Shown: piece after piece, positions 28,640 through 41,612 of the stretch | Position numbering within the stretch: position 1 is the stretch's first letter | Layout of the letters: each line of letters begins with the position of its first letter | From: Eledone cirrhosa | Taxonomy: Eukaryota | Direction of reading: 5' to 3' | Assembly: GCA_964016885.1 (NCBI GenBank) | Contig: OZ024746.1 | Span: 58,342,001-58,406,000 of the forward strand | Length of the DNA: 64,000 nucleotides | Translations under genes and position numbers: made by a program | The notes under the pieces: model-generated | Seen by the model: the letters and a program-made list of their open reading frames with translations, nothing else | The model's database searches: none | Told to the model about the DNA's origin: nothing

Positions 28640-29950
28640 GGACGTGAGTTTGATTTCCGGACGCGTTTTGGGGTTGGGTTCTGTATCCCTTTCATGCTGG
28701 CGTGGTGAATTCCTTGACTTTCCTTGGTCCCTATATATCTGTAGGTTTGTTCCTGTTCTAGTTCCTTAAATATTATTTTCACATCTATTTCCATTGCGTC
28801 AATACTTCTCATTCTGCCTTTCTGGAATGTTGATTTGGCGAAATTTTCTAATCCGAACTTCATTTCTATATCATCGCTAAAAACCTTAAATGTTTTCAAA
28901 GACCCTTCCAATTCACTGTCACTTTTGTCATACAGCTTCGGGTCATCCATATAAAAAGTTGTTATTTATTTGGTAGCTGTATCTTTGTTTTGTTGGGCAC
29001 TAGAGACAGCGGTGTGAGTGCATTGCAATACATCAGAATGGAAAACTAATCACCTAGAAAAATAACACTTTAATACTCATAATGCTGAGATTTATAGCTC
29101 CGTCTCTGTGTGACAGGAATAGATTTATATTCCATGCAAATATATTTCATTTCGGAAAATTTGAAATTCTTGGGAAAGTTATCAGAACATCCAAAGTTTT
29201 CAAAATCATTGAGTTGGGAACACTCTCAAATGCTTTCTTATAGCTAATCCAAGCAGTATTCAGATTAGTAGCTTTCCAGAATCATATGGGTAATGAGACG
29301 TTGTTTATTGCAACCATAAGGCCCATGGCGGCAACCTTTCTGGTCAATAGGAAAGAGGTATGTAGACTCTCTAAGAAAAATTTTTTTTTTCATCCAAGTT
29401 CAATATGAATTTCTTGTTTTGTTTTTTATCTATCTAATATTTACGCTCATGCGTAGAGGCATCCTCATCCAAGTTGTCAATCTGTTTTGCAGTTTGACCC
29501 TCCTCTGTCATGTTTCATGTACTTTAAATTTTCTGTGAAATTTCTCCTAATACGTTTTGAGGTCTGTCTTCTATCACATATTCATTTCCATCCCTTTCGG
29601 CTATTGGTATTGTCGAAAGTTTCTCAACATTCTTTTTAATTTCATTTAACTAAGCATCTGTTGGTCCCATATTTTTAAGAATATCTGTTCTGGCATTCGG
29701 AAGTTTGATTTCGTCCAGAACTCTTTCCATCAATACCATAAACGAATTCTCTATGTGTTTTGATTCCGATGATTTTCACAATGAGTGATAGAATACATAT
29801 ATATCACTTCTTTGTACACTTCTCGAGTCTATTTGATACATTGAGGCCTTTGCCTTCCATGTCGTGCTGAATTTGGAGGGCCTGGGTTGAGATTATTTAC
29901 ATTCAAGTGACAATTCAAGTACGTATTTAGAGAAGAGCTCCTTTCCTCTA
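28640..29950 (-). pseudogene. Degraded R4/Dong-like (RLE-type) non-LTR retrotransposon RT region
   Basis: YMDDPKLY..FSDDIEMKFGLE..QTYRYIG, and NLNTAWISYKKAFESVP at about 29216-29266. Outer limits are approximate. Confidence 0.72.
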
Positions 29951-30226
29951 CAGATTTTTTAACCATGGGCTGATTCCTTCCATGCCGGACAAATCCATTG
30001 TTCACCGGATGACGACCGATCCGGTATGTGTTTTTCACTGTAGAAATTGTGCGGCTTTTTTGTTACTTCTTTGTGGGATTTATCTTTCATCGCCAACAGG
30101 TATTTATTTCCATTTCTTGCCGAGTGTCTTTCCGGCACCTAGGGTTGAAATATTCTCTGTATACAGTAAGTAGCCACAACACTTTCCAAATATACAAGTT
30201 AAACATTTGCTTCATACATTTGCACA

Positions 30227-30404
30227 GGATTGGCAGTAACGGTAGCGGATCGGGCGCATGCTTTGTAGCATAGAGTTAAGCCCCTTTATGGCCAAATCCC
30301 GCCGAGTTTAACTTTGCCTTTCATCCTTACGGGGTCGATAACATAAAGTACCAGTAATGCACTGGGATAATTGCTGGCCTTGTGCCAAAAGTAGAAACAA
30401 TTAT
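30227..30404 (+). mobile_element. SINE, same family
   Basis: GGATTGGCAGTA...TTTGCCTTTCATCCTTACGGGGTCGATAA...GTAGAAACAATTAT. Confidence 0.82.
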
Positions 30405-30959
30405 TTAATTTGAAACACTGAATGCTTTCACAGTACGTAAAAGGCCTTCAAGCTCATCGTTGTCTTTGCCGAATAGTTTTAGGTTATTCATATAAACTAG
30501 ATGGCACATTTTCCTGTTGTTCTATTTCTGTAAGTTGTTCTGTTGATTTTCATTGTAAGGGGCATTAGAGCTTTGCAAAATATTAGAGGGGAAAGTCAGT
30601 CACCTTGGAAAATGCCACAATCGATTTTAATATTCTTTGAACTGTGTACTCCATTGCAATGATATAACTGGAAATAATATATACGAGAAATTTTGAAGAT
30701 GTCCATCAATTTCAGAATCCATTGATGTTATGACAGTTCTCAATTACGATTAATTCAAATTTTATCTTTACATCAGCATCATTTTTATTCATGTGGGAAA
30801 GTTTGCTCTCTCTCATAAATGCATATATATTCTCCGTGAGAATGGATGTTAGATTCATATCAGTGGTGGATAAATAACTATCTTTATAGAATTTCTGCAC
30901 TTGAAAACTTTCTTTGTATTTATATATACACATATATTCCCAGTGCTTCAAAAGCCGAA

Positions 30960-31226
30960 AATTCGTGTCCTACACCATCTTCCTTTCTTGTGTGTGTGTT
31001 GTCACAAAAACAAGATGGTGTCGGACAGAACAAAGGAGATTTTCCAAAAATTTAAAAACCGAGTCACTGAGGAGGTCACATAATGTGTGAGGAAAGAGTT
31101 TGACAATACATAAACAACCATCCGGTTATCGAACCAACGAACCGGAAATTTATAAGAAATTGACGGGAAACCCAACATGTGGGTGTGTTTTTATTGGTAA
31201 CATGACCATCCCAAATTATAACAATA
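30960..31226 (+). mobile_element. Diverged solo pLTR related to the 55.6-59 kb PLE
   Basis: GTCACTGAGGAGGTCACA..TGTGAGGAAA and TATTGGTAACATGACCATCCCAAATTATAACAAT(AT)n align with 58775-59032. Confidence 0.8.
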
Positions 31227-31462
31227 TATATATGGGGGGGGGGTATGTATTTCCATAGATTAGACAAAGGAAAGAAGACCTTTCTGTGTATAGTACAGAG
31301 CTATTTATTTATATGATTAACAACACATTAAAATTATTCCATTACCCAAGTTTTCACTGAATTAGACGATTCTAAAAGAAACGTCTAGTTCGTTCATCGG
31401 ATGAAATAACTATCTAGATTACCTTGGGTAATAGAATAATTATATTGTGTTGTTTCTTATGC

Positions 31463-31508
<46 letters not shown>

Positions 31509-31665
31509 TGGAATAAATGCTCTGAAATAGCGATATATATGTGAATATAGACATAGAATATTCGAAAATATTCTGTATGTTTATAATAAACATTTTGAAG
31601 ACCTAATCGCTATAGAATAGAATACGTCACGTATTACAATTAGATTCTCGATAAAAGCAAGGGAA

Positions 31666-31709
31666 GTAAGTCTACGCGTTTCATTCTTGTTAGAATTCAT
31701 CAGGACTAC
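31666..31709 (-). ncRNA. First of 18 minus-strand HHR copies in the array (last starts at 36954)
   Basis: Reverse complement of the 37254 motif, repeated every 311 bp. Confidence 0.92.
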
Positions 31710-34700
31710 ATATCCAGTGCTTTTATCGAGAATGGCACAGCTAGAGACTTATAGAATACTTAGCTGTGTACAGGAACTGGTTTGAAAGAGCGGTTGCCGG
31801 TCCGGCAGAAATTAGAAATTGGAATAAATGCTCTGAAATAGCGATATATATGTGAATATAGACATAGAATATTCGAAAATATTCTGTATGTTTATAATAA
31901 ACATTTTGAAGACCTAATCGCTATAGAATAGAATACGTCACGTATTACAATTAGATTCTCGATAAAAGCAAGGGAAGTAAGTCTACGCGTTTCATTCTTG
32001 TTAGAATTCATCAGGACTACATATCCAGTGCTTTTATCGAGAATGGCACAGCTAGAGACTTATAGAATACTTAGCTGTGTACAGGAACTGGTTTGAAAGA
32101 GCGGTTGCCGGTCCGGCAGAAATTAGAAATTGGAATAAATGCTCTGAAATAGCGATATATATGTGAATATAGACATAGAATATTCGAAAATATTCTGTAT
32201 GTTTATAATAAACATTTTGAAGACCTAATCGCTATAGAATAGAATACGTCACGTATTACAATTAGATTCTCGATAAAAGCAAGGGAAGTAAGTCTACGCG
32301 TTTCATTCTTGTTAGAATTCATCAGGACTACATATCCAGTGCTTTTATCGAGAATGGCACAGCTAGAGACTTATAGAATACTTAGCTGTGTACAGGAACT
32401 GGTTTGAAAGAGCGGTTGCCGGTCCGGCAGAAATTAGAAATTGGAATAAATGCTCTGAAATAGCGATATATATGTGAATATAGACATAGAATATTCGAAA
32501 ATATTCTGTATGTTTATAATAAACATTTTGAAGACCTAATCGCTATAGAATAGAATACGTCACGTATTACAATTAGATTCTCGATAAAAGCAAGGGAAGT
32601 AAGTCTACGCGTTTCATTCTTGTTAGAATTCATCAGGACTACATATCCAGTGCTTTTATCGAGAATGGCACAGCTAGAGACTTATAGAATACTTAGCTGT
32701 GTACAGGAACTGGTTTGAAAGAGCGGTTGCCGGTCCGGCAGAAATTAGAAATTGGAATAAATGCTCTGAAATAGCGATATATATGTGAATATAGACATAG
32801 AATATTCGAAAATATTCTGTATGTTTATAATAAACATTTTGAAGACCTAATCGCTATAGAATAGAATACGTCACGTATTACAATTAGATTCTCGATAAAA
32901 GCAAGGGAAGTAAGTCTACGCGTTTCATTCTTGTTAGAATTCATCAGGACTACATATCCAGTGCTTTTATCGAGAATGGCACAGCTAGAGACTTATAGAA
33001 TACTTAGCTGTGTACAGGAACTGGTTTGAAAGAGCGGTTGCCGGTCCGGCAGAAATTAGAAATTGGAATAAATGCTCTGAAATAGCGATATATATGTGAA
33101 TATAGACATAGAATATTCGAAAATATTCTGTATGTTTATAATAAACATTTTGAAGACCTAATCGCTATAGAATAGAATACGTCACGTATTACAATTAGAT
33201 TCTCGATAAAAGCAAGGGAAGTAAGTCTACGCGTTTCATTCTTGTTAGAATTCATCAGGACTACATATCCAGTGCTTTTATCGAGAATGGCACAGCTAGA
33301 GACTTATAGAATACTTAGCTGTGTACAGGAACTGGTTTGAAAGAGCGGTTGCCGGTCCGGCAGAAATTAGAAATTGGAATAAATGCTCTGAAATAGCGAT
33401 ATATATGTGAATATAGACATAGAATATTCGAAAATATTCTGTATGTTTATAATAAACATTTTGAAGACCTAATCGCTATAGAATAGAATACGTCACGTAT
33501 TACAATTAGATTCTCGATAAAAGCAAGGGAAGTAAGTCTACGCGTTTCATTCTTGTTAGAATTCATCAGGACTACATATCCAGTGCTTTTATCGAGAATG
33601 GCACAGCTAGAGACTTATAGAATACTTAGCTGTGTACAGGAACTGGTTTGAAAGAGCGGTTGCCGGTCCGGCAGAAATTAGAAATTGGAATAAATGCTCT
33701 GAAATAGCGATATATATGTGAATATAGACATAGAATATTCGAAAATATTCTGTATGTTTATAATAAACATTTTGAAGACCTAATCGCTATAGAATAGAAT
33801 ACGTCACGTATTACAATTAGATTCTCGATAAAAGCAAGGGAAGTAAGTCTACGCGTTTCATTCTTGTTAGAATTCATCAGGACTACATATCCAGTGCTTT
33901 TATCGAGAATGGCACAGCTAGAGACTTATAGAATACTTAGCTGTGTACAGGAACTGGTTTGAAAGAGCGGTTGCCGGTCCGGCAGAAATTAGAAATTGGA
34001 ATAAATGCTCTGAAATAGCGATATATATGTGAATATAGACATAGAATATTCGAAAATATTCTGTATGTTTATAATAAACATTTTGAAGACCTAATCGCTA
34101 TAGAATAGAATACGTCACATATTACAATTAGATTCTCGATAAAAGCAAGGGAAGTAAGTCTACGCGTTTCATTCTTGTTAGAATTCATCAGGACTACATA
34201 TCCAGTGCTTTTATCGAGAATGGCACAGCTAGAGACTTATAGAATACTTAGCTGTGTACAGGAACTGGTTTGAAAGAGCGGTTGCCGGTCCGGCAGAAAT
34301 TAGAAATTGGAATAAATGCTCTGAAATAGCGATATATATGTGAATATAGACATAGAATATTCGAAAATATTCTGTATGTTTATAATAAACATTTTGAAGA
34401 CCTAATCGCTATAGAATAGAATACGTCACGTATTACAATTAGATTCTCGATAAAAGCAAGGGAAGTAAGTCTACGCGTTTCATTCTTGTTAGAATTCATC
34501 AGGACTACATATCCAGTGCTTTTATCGAGAATGGCACAGCTAGAGACTTATAGAATACTTAGCTGTGTACAGGAACTGGTTTGAAAGAGCGGTTGCCGGT
34601 CCGGCAGAAATTAGAAATTGGAATAAATGCTCTGAAATAGCGATATATATTTGAATATAGACATAGAATATTCGAAAATATTCTGTATGTTTATAATAAA

Positions 34701-37253
34701 CATTTTGAAGACCTAATCGCTATAGAATAGAATACGTCACGTATTACAATTAGATTCTCGATAAAAGCAAGGGAAGTAAGTCTACGCGTTTCATTCTTGT
34801 TAGAATTCATCAGGACTACATATCCAGTGCTTTTATCGAGAATGGCACAGCTAGAGACTTATAGAATACTTAGCTGTGTACAGGAACTGGTTTGAAAGAG
34901 CGGTTGCCGGTCCGGCAGAAATTAGAAATTGGAATAAATGCTCTGAAATAGCGATATATATGTGAATATAGACATAGAATATTCGAAAATATTCTGTATG
35001 TTTATAATAAACATTTTGAAGACCTAATCGCTATAGAATAGAATACGTCACGTATTACAATTAGATTCTCGATAAAAGCAAGGGAAGTAAGTCTACGCGT
35101 TTCATTCTTGTTAGAATTCATCAGGACTACATATCCAGTGCTTTTATCGAGAATGGCACAGCTAGAGACTTATAGAATACTTAGCTGTGTACAGGAACTG
35201 GTTTGAAAGAGCGGTTGCCGGTCCGGCAGAAATTAGAAATTGGAATAAATGCTCTGAAATAGCGATATATATGTGAATATAGACATAGAATATTCGAAAA
35301 TATTCTGTATGTTTATAATAAACATTTTGAAGACCTAATCGCTATAGAATAGAATACGTCACGTATTACAATTAGATTCTCGATAAAAGCAAGGGAAGTA
35401 AGTCTACGCGTTTCATTCTTGTTAGAATTCATCAGGACTACATATCCAGTGCTTTTATCGAGAATGGCACAGCTAGAGACTTATAGAATACTTAGCTGTG
35501 TACAGGAACTGGTTTGAAAGAGCGGTTGCCGGTCCGGCAGAAATTAGAAATTGGAATAAATGCTCTGAAATAGCGATATATATGTGAATATAGACATAGA
35601 ATATTCGAAAATATTCTGTATGTTTATAATAAACATTTTGAAGACCTAATCGCTATAGAATAGAATACGTCACGTATTACAATTAGATTCTCGATAAAAG
35701 CAAGGGAAGTAAGTCTACGCGTTTCATTCTTGTTAGAATTCATCAGGACTACATATCCAGTGCTTTTATCGAGAATGGCACAGCTAGAGACTTATAGAAT
35801 ACTTAGCTGTGTACAGGAACTGGTTTGAAAGAGCGGTTGCCGGTCCGGCAGAAATTAGAAATTGGAATAAATGCTCTGAAATAGCGATATATATGTGAAT
35901 ATAGACATAGAATATTCGAAAATATTCTGTATGTTTATAATAAACATTTTGAACACCTAATCGCTATAGAATAGAATACGTCACGTATTACAATTAGATT
36001 CTCGATAAAAGCAAGGGAAGTAAGTCTACGCGTTTCATTCTTGTTAGAATTCATCAGGACTACATATCCAGTGCTTTTATCGAGAATGGCACAGCTAGAG
36101 ACTTATAGAATACTTAGCTGTGTACAGGAACTGGTTTGAAAGAGCGGTTGCCGGTCCGGCAGAAAATTAGAAATTGGAATAAATGCTCTGAAATAGCGAT
36201 ATATATGTGAATATAGACATAGAATATTCGAAAATATTCTGTATGTTTATAATAAACATTTTGAAGACCTAATCGCTATAGAATAGAATACGTCACGTAT
36301 TACAATTAGATTCTCGATAAAAGCAAGGGAAGTAAGTCTACGCGTTTCATTCTTGTTAGAATTCATCAGGACTACATATCCAGTGCTTTTATCGAGAATG
36401 GCACAGCTAGAGACTTATAGAATACTTAGCTGTGTACAGGAACTGGTTTGAAAGAGCGGTTGCCGGTCCGGCAGAAATTAGAAATTGGAATAAATGCTCT
36501 GAAATAGCGATATATATGTGAATATAGACATAGAATATTCGAAAATATTCTGTATGTTTATAATAAACATTTTGAAGACCTAATCGCTATAGAATAGAAT
36601 ACGTCACGTATTACAATTAGATTCTCGATAAAAGCAAGGGAAGTAAGTCTACGCGTTTCATTCTTGTTAGAATTCATCAGGACTACATATCCAGTGCTTT
36701 TATCGAGAATGGCACAGCTAGAGACTTATAGAATACTTAGCTGTGTACAGGAACTGGTTTGAAAGAGCGGTTGCCGGTCCGGCAGAAATTAGAAATTGGA
36801 ATAAATGCTCTGAAATAGCGATATATATGTGAATATAGACATAGAATATTCGAAAATATTCTGTATGTTTATAATAAACATTTTGAAGACCTAATCGCTA
36901 TAGAATAGAATACGTCACGTATTACAATTAGATTCTCGATAAAAGCAAGGGAAGTAAGTCTACGCGTTTCATTCTTGTTAGAATTCATCAGGACTACATA
37001 TCGAGAATCTAATTGTAATACGTGACGTATTCTATTCTATAGCGATTAGGTCTTCAAAATGTTTATTATAAACATACAGAATATTTTCGAATATTCTATG
37101 TCTATATTCACATATATATCGCTATTTCAGAGCATTTATTCCAATTTCTAATTTCTGCCGGACCGGCAACCGCTCTTTCAAACCAGTTCCTGTACACAGC
37201 TAAGTATTCTATAAGTCTCTAGCTGTGCCATTCTCGATAAAAGCACTGGATAT

Positions 37254-37297
37254 GTAGTCCTGATGAATTCTAACAAGAATGAAACGCGTAGACTTAC
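37254..37297 (+). ncRNA. Type I hammerhead ribozyme of the 311-bp unit (plus copies at 37254, 37565, 37876)
   Basis: GTAGTC-CTGATGA-ATTCT-aaca-AGAAT-GAAA-CGCG-TA-GACTTAC: canonical core, GUA site, palindromic ACGCGT stem III. Stem I is extended by ATTCTCGATAAAAGCA/TGCTTTTATCGAGAAT. Confidence 0.92.
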
Positions 37298-38062
37298 TTC
37301 CCTTGCTTTTATCGAGAATCTAATTGTAATACGTGACGTATTCTATTCTATAGCGATTAGGTCTTCAAAATGTTTATTATAAACATACAGAATATTTTCG
37401 AATATTCTATGTCTATATTCACATATATATCGCTATTTCAGAGCATTTATTCCAATTTCTAATTTCTGCCGGACCGGCAACCGCTCTTTCAAACCAGTTC
37501 CTGTACACAGCTAAGTATTCTATAAGTCTCTAGCTGTGCCATTCTCGATAAAAGCACTGGATATGTAGTCCTGATGAATTCTAACAAGAATGAAACGCGT
37601 AGACTTACTTCCCTTGCTTTTATCGAGAATCTAATTGTAATACGTGACGTATTCTATTCTATAGCGATTAGGTCTTCAAAATGTTTATTATAAACATACA
37701 GAATATTTTCGAATATTCTATGTCTATATTCACATATATATCGCTATTTCAGAGCATTTATTCCAATTTCTAATTTCTGCCGGACCGGCAACCGCTCTTT
37801 CAAACCAGTTCCTGTACACAGCTAAGTATTCTATAAGTCTCTAGCTGTGCCATTCTCGATAAAAGCACTGGATATGTAGTCCTGATGAATTCTAACAAGA
37901 ATGAAACGCGTAGACTTACTTCCCTTGCTTTTATCGAGAATCTAATTGTAATACGTGACGTATTCTATTCTATAGCGATTAGGTCTTCAAAATGTTTATT
38001 ATAAACATACAGAATATTTTCGAATATTCTATGTCTATATTCATATATATATATATATATAT

Positions 38063-38293
38063 AACGAAGGAAATGTGGTAAGGAACCAGGTGGACCATAA
38101 CGCACCAAAGTACTCAATACTTGAGGTAGTAGAGTGGGTAATAGGAATCAGTAAGACCCCGACAGCTGAGCTCAAGCCGTTTCGACGGCTAATTCTGGAC
38201 TAAAAAAAAACATTTTTTTTTTTTTTTTTTTTTTTTTAGTCCAGAATTAGCCGTCGAAACGGCTTGAGCTCAGCTGTCGGGGTCTTACTGGTT

Positions 38294-38297
<4 letters not shown>
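38063..38297. mobile_element. Short fold-back element, same family as 1159-1350
   Basis: Same outer ends as 1159-1350; the hairpin centre is an A-run/T-run; TA flanks. Confidence 0.85.
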
Positions 38298-38337
<40 letters not shown>

Positions 38338-38924
38338 ATTGTATATATGTGTGTGTATAGGGAACATCGTGTCATTTCAACTGCGTGCCAGTTCGAAAGT
38401 TTTAAGGATGTATTGCATATCTAATTAAATGTTACAATTAATTTTCAAAAGTAACATTTCCAAATCCATGTGTAAATTAGCGATCCAGAAACTCTGCGGC
38501 ATCATTTTCGTAATAAGCAAGGGAGAAACCATGAGATAGGAGACCAGTCTTTAACTCCAGACCCATGATACTTCATAACCACTGCTAAGCAGCTGATAAA
38601 TATGTGATTATTCTGATTTGGGAAATTGCATCGGAAAGGTTTCGATATGTTAATACAAAGTGGAGTTGGGAGCAGCAACGTTCTATACATCGCATAAAGT
38701 TCTAAAATATAGACATAAAAATACTTCATATAATTTATCAACCTGGACTTCAATTGTGATTTTAATGTAATATAAATACACATACACACATACCCTCATA
38801 TATATATATCCAGGGAGTGAAATGCTGAGTAGGTTCACCCGAGTGAGCACACGATGTTTAAGTACACGACAGTATCGAGGTCTAGAGCTAGACAGAGTGT
38901 AATATTCTAATATTGCTGTAATTG

Positions 38925-39351
38925 TGCTGTAGTGGAGTCTGTGCTGCTGTACGGGTCTGAGACTTGGACACTGACCAAGAATCTCACTCAGATGGTGAAT
39001 CGGTGCTACACGAGAATGCTGAGGATGGCTCTGAACATAAATCAGTATACACTGAGGATGAAAAACTCAGAGCTGTATGGGAGCCTCCCAAAAGTCAGCT
39101 CAAAAGTGACACAGAGGTGACTGAGGTTAGCTGGACATGCTCACCGACATCCAGAGTTGACATTGCACTCAGTGTTCCCGTGGCAGCCCCTACATGGACA
39201 CACTGGAAGAGGAAGACCAAGGTTAACGTATGTTGATGCCCTAAGGACAGATACTGGTCTGTTAGAGACGCATGACGTGGAAGCGATAATGAGGGTCAGA
39301 GACCGCTGGAGAGAACTCGTCCATGGATCTCGGGAATTTTACCCACCCTAG
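38925..39351 (+). mobile_element. 5'-truncated RTE LINE, same family as 2629-3113
   Basis: [14 protein letters not shown]...GRGRPR...REFYPP*, with an in-frame stop at about 39118. Confidence 0.88.
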
Positions 39352-40164
39352 AAAAAATATATATATACAGTATATATCATGCAAGGATATATGTATATAA
39401 ATTATATATATATATCTAATTTATATACATATATCCTTGCATGATGTGTCTAATGTTTTGCTAGTTACCTGCGCTTTCGCCGCTAGCTAAATTGTGAGGA
39501 GACTGCTTATAGAATAAATTCTTGACAATGTAAGGCATGTGTCTGTTATAAATTCTTATGTATTGCTGAAGAAGAAAAGCTACGAGACTTATGTCACCTC
39601 GATGAACCTGTCGAAAACGTTCAGAGTCGAGAAGAACCAGAACGGTTTACAATTGACATGCTGATCTCGACCTAAAGATCTCCCCTCGTAGATATATATC
39701 TGTCATTGCTGTTGTTATCAACCATTCGCTGTATATTATATATCATATATTATATATTTACAATGCTGGCTTTTCCATTTAACTCGGAGTGATTGATAAT
39801 CATGCAGATTAACCCTTGATATATGAAAGGACACGTTGCCCTTTTCTAGAACGTTGCCGCGATAATTTATTCATTATCTGCCAAAGCATCAACAATTGAA
39901 TGCCAATTTGTTATTAATTACCAATAAGAATGTCAAACAGACACACGTTAGCTATTGTCCTGAATATGGCCAGCAAACTGCTGCGGAATTACTAATTAGA
40001 TTTGTACGAAAGGAACTGTTTATCACACCAACAATAAATGAATGATTTTCTTTTTGTTTTTATTTTTATTAGGTATGTATTAGTTAGGTGTAACGATATA
40101 TAAAACTCCAATAAAATACAATCACATTTTCGCTGTCCTTAAAATTTCTCGCCTTGTTCCAAGG

Positions 40165-40497
40165 GCGTGCATTGGCAGATCCGATAGTGCGTTGGACAAT
40201 AAGCTTTCCGGCATAGAGTTACCGCTCTTTACATTATAATTTCAAATACCGCTGAGGTTAGCTTCACCCTTCATGTTTACGGGTCGAAAAACTAAAGTAG
40301 CAGTACCGAACTGGGGTCGATTTAATCGACCTTCCACTCCACTTCAAATTGCTGGCTTTGTGGTAGACATCATTATTAATATTATAAATCCCGCCGAGGT
40401 TAACTTTGCCTTTCATCCTTACGGGGTCGATAAAATAAAGTACCAGTAATGTACTGGGTAATTGCTGGCCTTGTGTCTAAAGTAGAAACAATTATTA
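40165..40497 (+). mobile_element. Two tandem SINE copies (the second is 5'-truncated)
   Basis: The family body is seen at about 40240-40375 and about 40386-40497. Confidence 0.78.
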
Positions 40498-41384
40498 ATA
40501 TTATAAATAGAGTTTTCCTTTATGCGTTGTAAATTTCACTTTCATTTGTCTTATATTTCGCCTTTGTATTGTTTGCAGGATAGTGCGCCCTCGTGGGCAA
40601 TAAATGTAAGATCTATTAGTAATCATATTATTGTTAGTTTGTTATTGTATTGCCATTATCAGTAGTCTCAGATAGCAATCTGTTCCTACTAATCAAATAT
40701 GCTTATTTTTAAAGAAATAACTAGATAAATAATAATTCAGCGGGAAGTTCATGTATTGTTTTTGTATGTTTTATGTTAAAAGGAATGTGTGTGTATAATC
40801 ATCATCTTCATCGTCATCATCATCAGAGATAATGTTCAGAGATGACTTAAACATTATATATTACATTTCTTGCTTTCTTGCAGTGAATTCCTTCCTGTAA
40901 ACAGAACAATAATTGTATGAGGATGACAAAGACACTGTGTAATAGTGTTGGTTATTATAAGAGAATATATTTCATTGCAGCATAATTGGTGTTTCTGAAG
41001 AGACAAGCGATAATATTTGCACGTCATCCATACACACTCAAAATATGCGACACTTCATAAATACATATAATTACTAATTTATTTATGTCACAGAAGGCAG
41101 CATCTTTGGATTTACTTCTGCAAATTGATATCCAAATTCAATATATGGCGTAGCCAGTCAGATTTCGCCTAGTTTTGGAGGACTAATCCCCCACCCCCCC
41201 AAAAAAAATAATCAAAAACAGTACTTACATACTGTTTATTTTAACGATCCCACAATGATTAATGCTACGTACTACCTCGTAAGAACTTCGACTCAGTACA
41301 GGAAAATTGGTAAATAATAGTTTCGAATTTAGACAGAACACAATGAAAATAGGATTTGTCCATTAAATCTACCCCATTATATTA

Positions 41385-41612
41385 CATTATCTGATGGATC
41401 CCAGAAAGATGAAAAGCAAGTTTAACCTCGTTGGATTTGAACTCAGAATATTAAAGAAAGGTTACTGTTACTGAATAATGGTTTCTTATTTAGGCACAAG
41501 GCCAACATTTCTGGTCATGGGGAAAGTCGATTAAATCGACCCCAGTGCATCAATAGTGCTTTATTTTATCGATCACGTAGGATGAAAGGCAAAGCCACCC
41601 TCAGCGGGATTA
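41385..41612 (-). mobile_element. Degenerate SINE copies
   Basis: GGATTTGAACTCAG and GATGAAAGGCAAAG motifs. Confidence 0.6.

Larger units (their letters stand above)
31506..38043. repeat. Tandem array of a 311-bp HHR-containing unit (non-LTR retrozyme-like): about 17.7 units in one orientation, then about 3.3 inverted
   Basis: GAATAAATGC recurs at 31511, 31822 and onward (period 311). Inversion junction at about 36999-37002. (TA)n on both flanks. No ORF. Confidence 0.97.

Noticed and set aside
31506-38043. CRISPR array, 5S/snRNA gene cluster or plain centromeric satellite
   Set aside because: No variable spacers and no recognisable 5S, snRNA or tRNA sequence. The HHR in every unit, the TA flanks and the inversion fit a retrozyme better.
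39592-39632. HHR-like CTCGATGA..GAAAACGTTC
   Set aside because: The core is interrupted and stems I and II are not convincing.
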